Notes: a model not told the origin generated them from the sequence alone. DNA of 63,501 nucleotides, filler included, from Neoconidiobolus thromboides FSU 785 (GCA_025603075.1; 7 parts of 7 records of this genome joined end to end with filler, not necessarily neighbours in it), one strand, 5' to 3'; positions 11,501-25,406 are shown, counted from the whole stretch's first letter. Numbers and translations are program-made.

Positions 11501-14500
11501 GTACAAAACAATTTGAAAATTGGGATTAAGTTTGAAGGTAAAAATCAGTTGTTAGGTCTTCCAATTAAAAATATGGTAAAAATGGCTTATCATACATTAT
11601 ATGATCCAATGGTCGATAAATTTTATAAATTACATTCGTTAAAAGTTATTAAAGCTTGCTTTTCTGCTTTGGTTACAATTGATTCTTTAAAGCCAGAAGA
11701 TATTGCTATTGTTAAAGTTAAAGTAGAAAACTATTTTGAAGAAAATGAAGAGGATGACAATAATGAAGGTTTATGTATTACACCATCAAAGAATAAATTA
11801 GCTAAAGTGAATGAGGAATCATTTATTACTTCTTATGTTGAAAAGAAAGCATTTGATATGGATAATAATGAAATGGGTATTCAAGCGGATGAACAAGTAC
11901 AAAAAGAACTATTGATTACTTTATTTAATTCTTTATTCCTTGCAGCTTCTCATTCGGAGTTATATGAAGAAGCTTGGTCACTTTTACAAGGATTTGCTAG
12001 TTATTATGTAACTATTAAAATGTTACAATTAATTGATCCCAATGCTAAACAATGTGATTTTGATTCCAAAAAAGTCACTAATGATCTTGGGTTTTCAGCC
12101 TTCTTTGACTCAATTGTAGAAATGATAACATGTGATAATATTCAATTAAGAAAGCTGAGTACTGAAATGGTTTATTTAATTGAAGAAAGATATTTGCAAT
12201 ATTTAAGTAATGAAAAACAATTACATAAAATGTCTTTTTTTAATAAGTTGTGTGAAGCATTATGTAATTATTGTTATTCTGAAGAATTGTTCCGTAAAGA
12301 TGCAGCTTGTCATTCATTAATGATAATGGTTAATAAGCTAAAGTTAGATAAACCTTTTTTATTGAATCATGAAATGGAGATTACTACTGCTTTTATCTTT
12401 GCCCTAAAATCTGCCTCTTCATCTATTTCAACACCTTATTCCAATCACATTTCTAATTCATTACAGCAAATTATATTAAAAATTTATTCTCAACCAAAAT
12501 CAACAATCAATGAAGATATTAAGCAGCCCGATTATTCCAAAACTTTAGATTTAATAATTAAGGAACTATTTAGTTCCAATGGTGCTTTACGTGAATTATC
12601 GAAATCAATAATTAATTTATTTGCTAGTATAACCAATAATGACATATCAACAATACTACAGCCTTTTTCCGATAAATTATTAGATTTAATGTTTACTCGA
12701 GTATTACGTTCTTTACCTTTTTCAATCATGATTGGTGCATTTGATGCTATTGCATTTATATTAAATGCAAAATGTTCATTTATTGATGGGGAAGAACACT
12801 TGCCTACTTTTATAGCAGAAGCATTAGCTTTATTAGATTCAGATGACAGTTTATATAAATCATCCGAAGCTAAAGATGATACGTTAATGATTAAATTTCG
12901 TATTAAATGTATTGAAGTTATCTTATCAGCATTAAGCTTTGTGGAAGCTACTTCTCAACCAGCTGTATTAAGAGCAAGAGCACAAAGAGTATTTTTTAAA
13001 TTTTTACATAATAGTCATAATGAGATTGCAGAGGCAGCTAATTCAGGCTTAAAGGAATTAACTTCATTTCAAAATAAATTACCAAAGGATTTATTACAAG
13101 AAGTATTAAAACCTTATCTTACTAGTATTAGTGATTATACTTCATTAACAGTACCTCATCTTAAAGGATTAGCTAAATTATTAGATATATTAACTCATTA
13201 TTTCAAAATTGAAATTGGAGTGAAATTATTTGAAAGTATGAAAAAATGGGCAGATTTAAATTTACTAAAAGAAATAGCAACAACCCAATTGAAAGATCGA
13301 AACGAAATTAAAATCATAGCAGCCATTTTACATATCTTCCATTTATTACCGCCTGTAGCTAATATATTTGTTAAAGATTTAATACCTTTCGCAGTTGAAT
13401 TTGAAAGTCTAATTCGAAGAAATAATTCGAGTCCAATTCGAGAGCCTTTAATCAAATATTTAAATAGATATCCTATAGATACCAATGAATATTTGTTTAA
13501 TAATATTGAAAATGAGAAATTTGCTCAGTTTTTTATTTGCTTATTAAATTCATCATCAGCAACTGAATTAAGAAAAGATGTTATGGAAAATCCAGATAAA
13601 TTAATTAAGTTTACAATTGAAAAAGAAGATATTAATAGCAGTAACAAATCGGATGATTATAAATATTACTTTATTTCAATAATAGAAGCATGTACACAAT
13701 ATCACTCTGATTGGTTAATTAAATGTCCACAAATATTCGATAAATTAATGGAATTATGGAAATCACCTAGTAGAATTGAAAAAATACAAAATGAAACATC
13801 CTTGAGTTTAACAAGTTTAAATGAATCTTATTATATTGCTAAATTATTTGTCAATTACTTAAAACAAAATCAAGAGAATATCGAATTAATATTTGAATTA
13901 AGTACAGTATTTGGTATTAATTCAAGTGCTGATTTTTCTTTTTTACATGTATTCTTAAAACAATATATTTTAAATTGTAGTAAGCAACAAAGAAAAACTA
14001 TATTAATTAGTTTTTTAAATAAGATTAATGATAATAATTATCCCATTACATCATTAACTATTTTTTTACATAATTTAATTAATCCACTAATTTTAGTTGC
14101 TTTTATAAAAAATGATTATTCTAATTTAGTAGAAGAGGAAGTAATATTATTGATACGACAAAAGATATGGTCTCAAATAGAAATTGATAAAACACAAACT
14201 GATTCTTCAATGGATGATTATTATCGTTTAGAATTAATTCAATTTACTACTTTATTACTACAATTTTGTCCCAATTATTTTATGGAATGTCGAAAGGAAA
14301 TCATTCAATTTGGGTTTGCTCATACTAAATTAGATGATAATATATGTAAACAATCTGCTCATTTATTAATTGCACGATTTATTGCAGCTTATAATACACC
14401 AGATAATATCATTATTAATGTTTATGGTGCTTTATTGAAATCTGTGAATTTAGAAACCAAATTGATTGGCAGAATGGCTTTAGATGCCATTATTCAAGCG

Positions 14501-15550
14501 TTGCCTAATAGAACTTCTCAAAAATCAGGAGAAGACAACAGATTTCCAATTTGGATTCGATTTACAAAACAAGTATTAAGTGATGAAAATTATAATGTTT
14601 CACATATGTTAAATATATTTTCAACCATTTGTCGGCATGCAGATGCATTTTATGATTATAGAATGCACTTTGTTCCACAAATACTGTATATTTTACCTAA
14701 ATTAAGTTTACAATCTTCCTCAGCAGATTGTAAAAGTTTAACTATTCAATTAGCTGAGTTAATTTATAAGTGGGAAGTTTTATTTTTAGATAAAAATAGC
14801 CAAGAAAATGAATTCAATTTACAATCTGGTGATAAAAGACCAAATGAAGAAAATGAAAAGGATTTCAATAAAAAGAAAATAAAAAATGAATCACCAACAT
14901 CCAACAACATACAATCAATGTCAATAGCAATAGATGTTAGTAAAACATATTGTCTAAATAGTTTTATGAAAGGAATTATATTAAAATCATTAATTAAATT
15001 ATATTGTTCATGTGATGATATGCCCTCTAGAAAAACGAACTGTGGCCCAGCATTAACTATATTTAATAATTTATTAGCATTAAATAGTTGGTCGGATGCC
15101 CCAATTTTATTGAATTTATTTGAAAATACATTAAAAGTAGAAAATACAGATGAAAATCAAATTCAAGTAATATTAACATTAGAAATGATTAATTCCTTAA
15201 TTAAGCATAAATCCAAATCATGGATAGATATTCATATCAAACAGTTAAAAGAATTATTAATGAATTGCATCAAATGTAACAATTATATAATTTCTTGTTC
15301 ATTACATCCCATTATTCGACATATATTGGAATTACTTCCAGGTCCAGAATCTATTGGTCACAATCCAATATCATTTTCATTTCAATCTTTAATTGAAGCT
15401 ACTATTTCTAAAGGTTTAATTGATTCTGTTACATTGAATTCTTCTTTAATTTTATTGGATGCTATATCTGTACCTCGACCAGAAGCTATTGATCATTCAG
15501 TACCTACTTTAGTAAGATTATTACAAAGGCTATCAAAAGAACATATATTA

Positions 15551-15593
<43 letters not shown>

Positions 15594-18500
15594 CAACTAA
15601 TAATAATAGTAATAGTAGTAATAATAGTAACAATAATAGTAATAATACAAGTCAACAAAGTAATTCAAAAATAACTCAATGGAGGTTCTTGTATCCCTTT
15701 TTAAATAACACCAATTCCAATGTTATTACAGCATCTGAAACATTAACAAATTCCATCTTATTAACAATTAATATATTAAATTTAAGAGTAGGTTATTTAG
15801 GAGATCATCGTAAAACAATGTTAAGTTCGTTATGTTTGATATTAGAAAAATCAACAGATGGATTTTTGTTGAGATCTATATTTACGATTATTTCTAATTG
15901 GGTGTTAAAACCAACAGAATCATTTCCAACATTAAAAGAGAAAGCTAATTTATTAGTTTCAATGTCTGATATTGAAATGAGATGTGATGATTTATTGTTA
16001 AAAGATTTCCTAAATTTAGTTCATCAAATTTATTCAACTCCTAATTTTCAAAATACCGAATTAACAATGAAATTAGAGAGTGCCTTTTTATTAGGTACTC
16101 GAGTAAATTTTCCAATTATTAAAACAAATTTTTTAAAAATATTAAATGATTCTTCACCTTTAAGATTATTTTCAAGATTAAAATACATCTTTAATATTCA
16201 AGATTGGGAAAGATTATCAGATTATTATTGGATTCATCAAGCTTTATATTTTTTATTAGGTTCAATTAATCAACAGTTGAATCTATTACCTTTTCAATTT
16301 CAACAATTAATTAATCTTCCATTTAAAAATTCATTCCATGATGGGGAATTTATTACTTTAAAAGAAAATTTAGACGAATGTTGTATGATTATTAGCAATT
16401 CAATTAATCAATTAAAACAATCATTAAATCAGTTAACAGGAAAAGATTTATCAACATCATTACAAATCTTAAGTTTAACAAATTCGGAATTTGCTCATGA
16501 TTTGTGGACTTCTATTTTTCCTTTAGTTTGGCTATGTTTAACTGAAAATGAAAAAACGGAGTTATTGAAACATTCTATAAGTTTATTTTGTAAACCATAT
16601 CATATGAAACAATTTTATTTACGCCCAAATATAATACAAACTTTTTTACAAGGTTTTGAAAAATGTAAACCAAGTATATTATTACCCCCTCATTTAATTA
16701 AATATTTGGGTTCAAAATTTAATTGTTGGCATACTGCTATTCGTTTATTAGATAATTCAATTACAGATATTGCTATTTCTCATGATAAAGATGGAGCCTT
16801 AATTAAAATTAATGCTGAAGATGCTTTATCCGAATTATTTTTGACTTTAAGAGAAGATGACTACTATTATTCATTATGGTCCATGAGACATCGATTTTCA
16901 ACTACGGGTATAGCTATAGCTTATGCAAGCCAATCCTTATATCCACAAGCATTATCATGTTATGAACAAGCACAGAACTTAGCAAGTAAAATTACTGTAC
17001 CTACATGTGAATCTGAATTTTCAATGTGGGAAGAAGAATGGATTAAATGTGTTGAAAATATGCAAAAATGGGATTTTATTGAAGATTTAGGAGAAGTTAC
17101 TGGAAGTTTAGAATTACAATTAAAAGCTAAATGGCAAACTAAAAATTTAACGGAAGATAATGTTGGTTTTCAAGAATTATTAAATCGCTATGAATTTGTA
17201 GATTTTACAGTCTCTAAAGATTTTCAAATTAAGTTTTACAAATCCTTTTTAACCTTATTAAATGCTAAAGAAATTCGAAATGAATTTTTAGAGGAATTTA
17301 ATAATTTAAATAAAGATGTAAATAATGCTATTGCTCAACAATGGCATATGTTGCCCCAATTTGTATCTAATTCTCATTTAGCTTTATTAAGTGGTTGTCA
17401 ACAGTTATATGAATCAGAAGTTTGTACTACTTTATTTAGTCAATTAAATGAAGTACATTTGACTAGTATTGATATGATTGCATCCAATATTGATAAAGTA
17501 ATATCACCTTGGAGAGGAAGATTACCCAATGCTTGGGATTCGATGGAAGTTTGGCAAGATATGGTAGGTTTTAGACATCAAACATTTAATAAAATGACCA
17601 AGATATTAAAAAATTTGGGCCAAAAATTGGAAAAAATGCAACCAACAAATTCAATCTCAACAGCTACATTATTACAAAAAGGATACTATGAGCAAGCTTG
17701 GTTATTAAATCGATTTGCTATTGTAGCGAGAAAGCAAGGTCATTATAAAACAAGTTTAGATATATCTGAAAGAATTTATGAATTACCAAATATTCATATA
17801 TCTGAAGCATTTGTTAAATTGATTGAGCAAGCTAAATGTTATTATTTTTCGAATAATGAAACGCATAAAGGATTAGATATGTTAAGTAAAGCGTCCATTA
17901 ATTTTTTTTCACCGTTACAAAAAGTTAAATACTTTACTTTAAAAGGGAAATTTTTTAATAAATTAAATCAAATTGAGGAAGCTAATCAAGCCTTCTCTTC
18001 AGCAACTCAAATGGATATGTCCGTTCCAAAATCATGGGCAGAATGGGGTATTTTTAATGAAAAACTTTATTTTCAAAATGGAAATACGGAACATGCTAGT
18101 TATGCTATCAATTGTTATAATCAAGCATCTATATTATATAAAAATCATAAATCAAGAAGATATATAGCAAGAATTATTAATTTATTAAATATGGATGATG
18201 AGAATAACATTTTCTCAAAATCATTTGCTGAATTTATTGAACATATTCCACTATGGTATTGGTTATTTTTTATACCACAATTAATTTCTACATTATACCA
18301 ACCAAGTGCTAATTTTATTATACAAATATTAAATATTATGGCCAAAAGATATCCGCAAGCAGTATTTTATCATTTATTAACAGCCAAAGATGAATTTACA
18401 GTGTTTCGAAATTTATCCAAAAATAAAGAACCGGAAAATGAAGTGAATTTATTTAAATCAGCCTGGGAATCAGTCAATGAATTGATAGATTTAATTAAAC

Positions 18501-20098
18501 TTCAATCACCTCTTTATGCTATTACCGCTACAACAATTGCGAATTCATTATCTAAACCACCAAAATTAAGTAATGAAGAGAGTTTATTGAAGTTATTAAA
18601 TGAAATTATTGAAGAGAATATAAATTTAGTCATTCAACAAAATATTATGAATAAGAATCAAAAAACAATAGGATTAGATAGTAACAATAATAAGGAATTA
18701 ATAAATCAATGTATCGAATTAATTTTAGATGAAGAGTTGTCTAAATTATTTCAATTAACATTTAGTGAAAATAATATGGATTTGTTAAGCTTTATCTATA
18801 AAATGCGATTATGGAAAAATCATTATGAAAATATTGTAAAAATGAAATATACTAATAAATATAATGATTTTTTTGATCGAGAATTATTAAATGCAGAAGG
18901 TCCATCCTTACATGATATGTTAATACCAGGTCAATATACAATGGAAGATGAAATGCATGATTTGATAAAAATTATGAGAATCATGCCCAAATATCAAATA
19001 ATAAGAAGAAATAATCAAATCCAATATATTGTTGGTATGCGTGGTAACGATGGAGAAATTTATCAGTTTTTATTAGATTTAAATGCTACATATAATTCAA
19101 GAAGAGAAGAAAGATTAAACCAATTTAATCTTTGTATGAATTCGATTCTATATAGAAGTGAAGAAACAGTTAAGAGACAATTACACTTTCATTTACCAAA
19201 AGTTATTCCAATGGGCCATTCTCTAAGATTAATTGAGTATAATGGACCTTATATAACTCAAAAAGATATATTCATGGAACAATGTCAATCGAAAAATCAA
19301 AGTTACGATTTACCTGAATTATATTATTTAGAAAAAATGAATTTAATGGAAAATCAAACTTTAGATAAAACACAATTATTGGAATTAAAAACAAAAACAA
19401 TTGAAGAAATACAACAAACAATAGTAAACAAAAATTATACAAAAGATTATTTTATGTCTACAATCCCTAATCATTCAGAATATTGGGGCTTTCAAAAATC
19501 GTTTACAAGCCAATTAGGAATACTTTCATTTTATTCTTATGCCTTTTCAATTTGTAATATTGATCCAAGTAAAATGGCAATAAGATTAAAATCAGGCGAT
19601 ATTTGGTTAAAAGAATCTTATCCCACACTAAATTTTGAAGGTCCATTATTACAAAGTCAAGAAACAGTACCCTTCCGGTTAACTCCTAGTTTACAAGCTA
19701 TGATAACAAGATATGGATTAAATGGGCCATTACCTTCAGCTATCATAGCCACTGCAAGGGCACTTATTTTACCCGAACCTGAAATTATGCATTATATTAT
19801 GTTATTTTTAAGAGTAGAATTATTATATTTTAAATTATTTTTTACTTATTTAGATGCCAATAAATTGGAGAAATTTGATTCTTCATTGTTTCCATTAAAA
19901 GATAGTAAGCAAGAATTGGAACAAATGACTAATAGGGTATTAGATCGAATCAAATTGATGGCTTGTGAAGGGGAAAATGCAAATGGTGGGAATACGGGGA
20001 AGACACCAGTGAATAAACCCGTATTGGATCTCATTTCAGAAGCAACAAAACCAAGTAATATTGCGGCTATGGAGTATCATTGGATGCCTTGGTTGTAA
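8545..20098 (+). CDS. TRA1: Tra1/TRRAP PIKK pseudokinase (SAGA/NuA4 subunit), about 3763 aa, 6 exons
   Basis: Exons 8545-8602, 8656-8810, 8862-9155, 9214-9549, 9599-9727, 9779-20098 total 11292 nt in frame with GT-AG introns. Tra1 motifs ELRDS, EQKLRSTILE, RLLCDCP, WRGRLPNAWD, VPFRLTP and FATC end YHWMPWL. The PIKK DRH catalytic motif is absent. Confidence 0.95.
15551..15660 (+). repeat. (AAT)13 plus Asn/Ser-rich coding microsatellite in Tra1
   Basis: Pure AAT x13 at 15551-15589, followed by an aat/agt mix encoding the N/S-rich tract. Confidence 0.9.
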
Positions 20099-20330
20099 GA
20101 AGAGTTATAAGGCTTTTAAGATTAAGGGATTGTATTACTCATTTATTAAAGTAATATATTAAATGAAATGTTTATTTACTTTTAATATCTTTTTTAATTT
20201 TTAACATTTTTTATACTTAATTCATTGTTAAAATGGAACATTTGATTAGCTTTTTTAATTTTTATAAACAATTTCAAAGTAATAAGAATTGAGTGCTAAA
20301 AATTTTAGTTTGTTTTTAATCTATAGAATG

Positions 20331-20430
20331 ATATAAGAGGATTTTTTTTTAATTTTACTAACAATCCTTCTGCTCAAATAATACTTAAAAAAAAAGGAAA
20401 AGTAACGAAACCAAAAAAACATTCTTATAT
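20331..20430 (+). mobile_element. MITE family A degenerate copy, about 232 bp past the Tra1 stop
   Basis: atataagagg...aattttactaacaatccttctgctcaaataatacttaaaa...ggaaaagtaacgaaaccaaaaaaacattcttatat. Confidence 0.65.
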
Positions 20431-20489
20431 ATATTCTTATATATATACCCCTATTTTTAATAATATTGAATTGAAACTTTTATAATTTA

Positions 20490-20588
20490 GGGATGTATTT
20501 TGTATTTAAGAATTTACTAACAATTTTTCCACTCAAATAGTGTTTGAAAAATGAAAAAAGTAATGAAGCTAAAAAAACACCCTCCATT
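20490..20588 (+). mobile_element. MITE family A copy
   Basis: gggatgtattttgtatttaagaatttactaacaatttttccactcaaatag...gtaatgaagctaaaaaaacaccctcc. Confidence 0.8.
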
Positions 20589-22628
20589 TATTTGAAATTC
20601 AAATCTAGATTGAAATTGAGCTTCAATTGTTAGTTTTTAAATTGGAAAGAATGAGTGTAAATTGAATTTTATATTTTGTTTAGTTTTTGAAAGTTAAAAA
20701 TAGACAAGATATTATTTACATCTGCTTACTAGTATTTGGTAGTCAGTAAATGTTAACATTTTATTAAAACTTAGTGTCAATATTTTTATATCATAAATAA
20801 ATAAAGATATTAATAAATATCAGATCTAAAATTGAACAAAAGAAAATAAAAACTCTTAAAATTTAAAGCTTAAATTAAGAATTAGCTTGAATAAAAATTA
20901 GTATTGAGCATTGATTTTTCCATAGAACAAGTTTTTAGTGCAATAGAGAACAGAGGATGAGCATTAAATAACTTTCCTTTATCTTGTATATTATTTTCAT
21001 AAATGATTTGTACATCTTTATAAAAATTAAGTGTATATTATTAATGAAAATAGTGTATTTTTGAACCCACTTACTATTATGAGAAACAGCTTTTAGGTAT
21101 ATGATCTATCTGATAATCAAATGATGGAGAGCTCTTTTGTCAAAGTTCATTTGATTATATTAATAACTTAGAATGATTGATTTGATTTGTAGGATGAAAT
21201 CGGTTTTGATTGTAAGTTGAAGCCATAAGCTAATATTAATAATTTTCTTATATTGAAGCTCAATACTCTTACTATTGAAATTAGATTGTATCTTTAAAAT
21301 TCAATCAGCTTAGGCTTAAATTAGACTTATTCTTAAAGATTATTATCCACTACTTATTTTTATTCTTACTCATCATAAGCAGCATTTTATGAAAACTATT
21401 TAAAAACAACAAATAATTACAAAACAAATTAAGCTTAAAGATAATTCAAATAATTCGATAAAGAGATAACTGAAAAGGAGTAAATAATAATGAAATGATT
21501 AACTATGAACTTAAAGTGTGAAAAGTCAACTAGTAATTTTAATTTTGATATGAGGGTATATAAAATTAAGTGTAAAAAAGTCCAATGTTTCGAAGGTTTA
21601 TTTAATTGAAACAAAGTTAGATAAGATTCTATTGATTTATACTAGTGATCTGTTTTCTTTTCTAGAATCTGTTTTATAAAATCTTGAAATCAAAATGGCT
21701 CACTTTTTCAACTTGAGTTTTTAAATTCAAAATTATCCCAAAGAAATACTTTTTTCATTACCTTAATTTAGAAACAATCTTGAACTTGAACATAAATTGT
21801 GTGGTTAACAATAGTTAGAATAAAAGTAATTAATTCAAAAGAAGCTAAAGCTTGAAGAATATCATATGTCCATATGTAATCGTAATGGAATATGATTAAA
21901 CTGATATTAAGCTGATGTCAGATTAATCAAGGATTGAGCATTTACATCATTTTCATTTAAATATTTCATTTATGGGGGGCTATTCAATTCCAATTTTTTA
22001 AACTTAATTTAAGGCTTTGTCATACTTTTAAGCCATCCTCCCAACTTATCATTAAGCCAAAAATATGAGTCGCTTTTTGTTATAATTAACTTTAAGTTTA
22101 ATGCTGTTGCAATTCTTTTGTGACCTAGTTAACTAATAATTTCAGAAAAAAACTTCGATTATAATTCGACTAAAAACAAAGGATTAAGATAATGTAAATT
22201 GACTATGTAATTGATGACTATAATAAAAACTATTGCTAAATAAGTCATAATACAGTTACAATAGTTATATTAACTATACTTTTTTACCCTTGAAGATTGA
22301 AGAATTAATATTTTGATAGATTAAAGTTAACACCAATCTGATCAACTCGAAACAGGGTCATTTTGAACTGAGACGAATAGAAAGAGAGAATATGTGAATT
22401 TGATTCGTAGTAGATAAGAAAAATATTTCATTTTATGGTGAAGCTTAAATAGCATTAAATTGAGGTTAATTTTATTTTTTTAAATTTTATTAGGTTACTC
22501 ATGATGATTCAAAATCATTAGATTTAAAAAGAATATAAATAGGGGAAGAGTGACTGTGGATTATAAAATTAAAAAATTCAATTAATTTTTTTTTATCATT
22601 TGTTTATTAGGATTCTATTTATTAAAAG

Positions 22629-24184
22629 ATGTCATATAAAAATAATTTATTAAAATTGAGTTTAAGAAAGGGGTTTTCTAGTAAATGTATCGTTAACCAG
22701 TAAGTTATTTTATAACAATATGTTTCTGTAAGTAATGATATTAATATACATTAATTTTTAGAATATTTAAATCGCAGATAGCCCAACAAGTCAAGTTAAT
22801 GAATAGTATAGACAATTTAAGAGATGAAAAAGAATTTATATTTAATGTATTAGAAAGTAAACCTAGTCAAAGAGAAGCGATATCATATTTAAATAAAATG
22901 GATAAAAATATAGTTAATATAAAAGAAAAGAAATTCCCAATAATATTAGTACATTTAAGTTTACCTATGAATTTTGAAGATTTAGAACAAGTCATGAAGA
23001 CTTTGGTTTATATACAAAAATTAGGTATGCAACCTATGATTGTATTAGATAATTTAGAATGGCAAATTAATAATAGAAAGCAAAAGATAAACGATGGATT
23101 AAGTTTAATACAAATGATGAATAAATACAATATTAAAAGTCGATTAATTAGTAATGGCTTAATGGAAGGTTCGGATAATATGCGATTAAAAATTGATATC
23201 AACCCAATAATTTCATGTTTTAATCAAAATAATAATAATATTCCAATTATATTACCATTATATATGAATTCTAATTGTCAACAATTAGTAACTAAATCAG
23301 ACTATACATTAATGGCTTTATCAAAATGTTTCTCTCGTTATTCAGATGAGCCTGTAATGATACATAATCGTAAAGCAGATGTACATAAAGTGTTAATTAT
23401 TAATTCTCGTGGTGGGATACCAAATGAAGAAAATAAAATTTATCCTTTTATTAATTTACAACAACAACTAAATACTTTAGTTACTAATAGTAATATTTGG
23501 AAAGGAAATCAAGCTCCATTATGGAAAAGAGATTTAGATTTAGCTTATTCAAGTTTAGCTTATTTACCAGCTACTACTTCTGCTGTTGTAGCTTCTTCAG
23601 TAAATATTAAAAGAGTTATTAATAATATAATTACAGATAAACCTTATTCTTCTCCATCTTTAAAAGATAGTATTGATGATAAAGAAGGATATACAGTATT
23701 AAGATATGGACTAAAAGTAAAAAATTATTCTAATTTAGACCAGGTAGATAAAAAGAAATTAATTCAATTATTACAAAATTCATTTCATAAAGAATTAGAT
23801 GTTGATAACTATTTTAAACGATTAAATAATCAATTAAATCATATTTTAATTGCTGGAGATTATCAAGGAGTAGCTATATTGACAAATGAAGGTGAAAGTA
23901 CATGTTATTTAGATAAATTTGCAGTAGATCCCAAGGATCAAGGCATTGGTGTAGCTGATGTTTTATGGCAAAAATTAAAAGAATATTGTCCTAATTTAAT
24001 GTGGCGATCTCATATTAATAACAAAGTTAACAAATGGTATTTTGAGAGATCTGATGGTAATATGATATTAAAGGGTACTCAATGGAGATTATTTTGGTAT
24101 GGTAATGATGGTATTGATAAGTTGGACGACTATATTATGTCAGCAGGTAAAATTAAAGCTTCTTTCTTCCCCCCTAAAAAATAA
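22629..24184 (+). CDS. ARG2: Mitochondrial amino-acid acetyltransferase / N-acetylglutamate synthase, about 497 aa, 2 exons
   Basis: Exon 1 (22629-22699) encodes a basic presequence-like peptide. Intron 22700-22761 joins it in frame to the 461-aa ORF. N-terminal NVLESKPSQREAISYL resembles Arg2. C-terminal NAT/DUF619 motifs YLDKFAV, LMWRS, NKWYFERSDG, LFWYG. Confidence 0.85.
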
Positions 24185-24416
24185 TAATTATGTATTAATT
24201 TTATAATAAAAGTATTTTATAATTCTAGTATTGAACATATTTAATTAAATCTTTTAAGCGTTTTAATACTAAATGTTGTAATGGAATTAGAATATAAGTA
24301 TTTGTCTTAAATAGAATATTCTTTAAATTTAAATAGATTTTTATTGCATGTTAGTTTTTCAAAACTAGTATTTATTATAGATAATATTGAAGCTACTATA
24401 TTTTGTAGAGTATTAC

Positions 24417-24512
24417 TTAAGGATGTGTTTTTGTTTAGGGATTTTACTAATAATTTTCTGCTCAAATAGCGCTTAAAAGATGGAAAAAATGAAGCCAAGA
24501 AACATCCCCATT
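24417..24512 (+). mobile_element. MITE family A copy, about 235 bp past the ARG2 stop
   Basis: ggatgtgtttttgttta...ttttactaataattttctgctcaaatagcgcttaaaagatggaaaaaatgaagccaagaaacatccccat. Confidence 0.8.
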
Positions 24513-24914
24513 TCATTCTATTGACTGTAGAATAATCCCACTTCTTTTCAATTAACATTAAGTTTATACTAAATATAAATAATTTAAATAGATTTTTTGA
24601 ACCTTAAATTCTTAGAAATATTATTGACACACTTTTTTTTAAGTAATTCTTATTTCAATTCCCGACTCATACATCATTCAATTAATCTTATAGTCGTACT
24701 TATATTAACTATTTTTTTAAATTATTAAAATTAATAACTTTAAATCTAAAATTGTATATCTGTAAAACAATACTCCGAATTTATTTAAGATTTTCAAAAA
24801 CGCGATTTCATAGTCAACTAAAAATAGTATTTGGGTAATAATTTCAACGAAATATGTGGATAAGTTGAATATATAAAGGTACTAAAATCATATTTCACTA
24901 TTAGAAAATAAAAA

Positions 24915-25304
24915 ATGACTTTATTTAATATCAAAAGGAATCTAGGAAATAATGGACCTTTAATCAATAGTATAGGTTTAGGTTGTATGGGATTAAATAC
25001 TGGGGATAGCATGTTAGTCACTGAAAAAGAAAAATTAAAAGTATTAAATCGAGCAATTGATCTTGGTTGTAATTTTTTTGATACTTCGGATATCTATGGA
25101 CTTGGAGAAAATGAAAAATTGATTTCTAAAGTATTAAAAGAGAGAAGAAATGAAGTGTTTTTATGTAGCAAATTTGGGATGAAATATGATTTAATAACTA
25201 AACTTATGTCACCTTGTGGTACTAAAGAATATGTACGTGAATGTTGTTTAAATAGCTTAGGTAGGTTACAAATTGATTATATTGATTTATATTATCAGCA
25301 CAGA
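24915..25304 (+). CDS. Aldo-keto reductase (AKR13/YakC-like), 5' part, runs into gap
   Basis: IGLGCMGL, FFDTSDIYG, SKFG and YIDLYYQHR motifs. The last 95 bp are the exact reverse complement of positions 1-95. Confidence 0.92.
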
Positions 25305-25404
25305 NNNNNNNNNNNNNNNNNNNNNNNNNNNNNNNNNNNNNNNNNNNNTTAATTAATTAANNNNNNNNNNNNNNNNNNNNNNNNNNNNNNNNNNNNNNNN
25401 NNNN
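25305..25404. other. Assembly gap with artificial TTAATTAATTAA spacer (also 51046-51145, 54698-54797, 58127-58226, 59905-60004, 61550-61649)
   Basis: All six gaps are 100 nt of N with the same central six-frame stop linker. Confidence 0.95.
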
Positions 25405-25406
25405 TT

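Noticed and set aside
12532-20034. Antisense and alternate-frame ORFs inside TRA1, and similar ones inside GH47, ARG2, NSE1 and the GPI gene
   Set aside because: Short shadow ORFs of real CDSs with no motifs.
21650-21830. Leu/Phe-rich stretch vaguely like an LRR or F-box relic
   Set aside because: Expected by chance in AT-rich DNA, with no convincing motif.
25329-25340. TTAATTAATTAA palindrome repeated in all six N-runs
   Set aside because: Artificial six-frame stop spacer inserted by the assembly or annotation pipeline.
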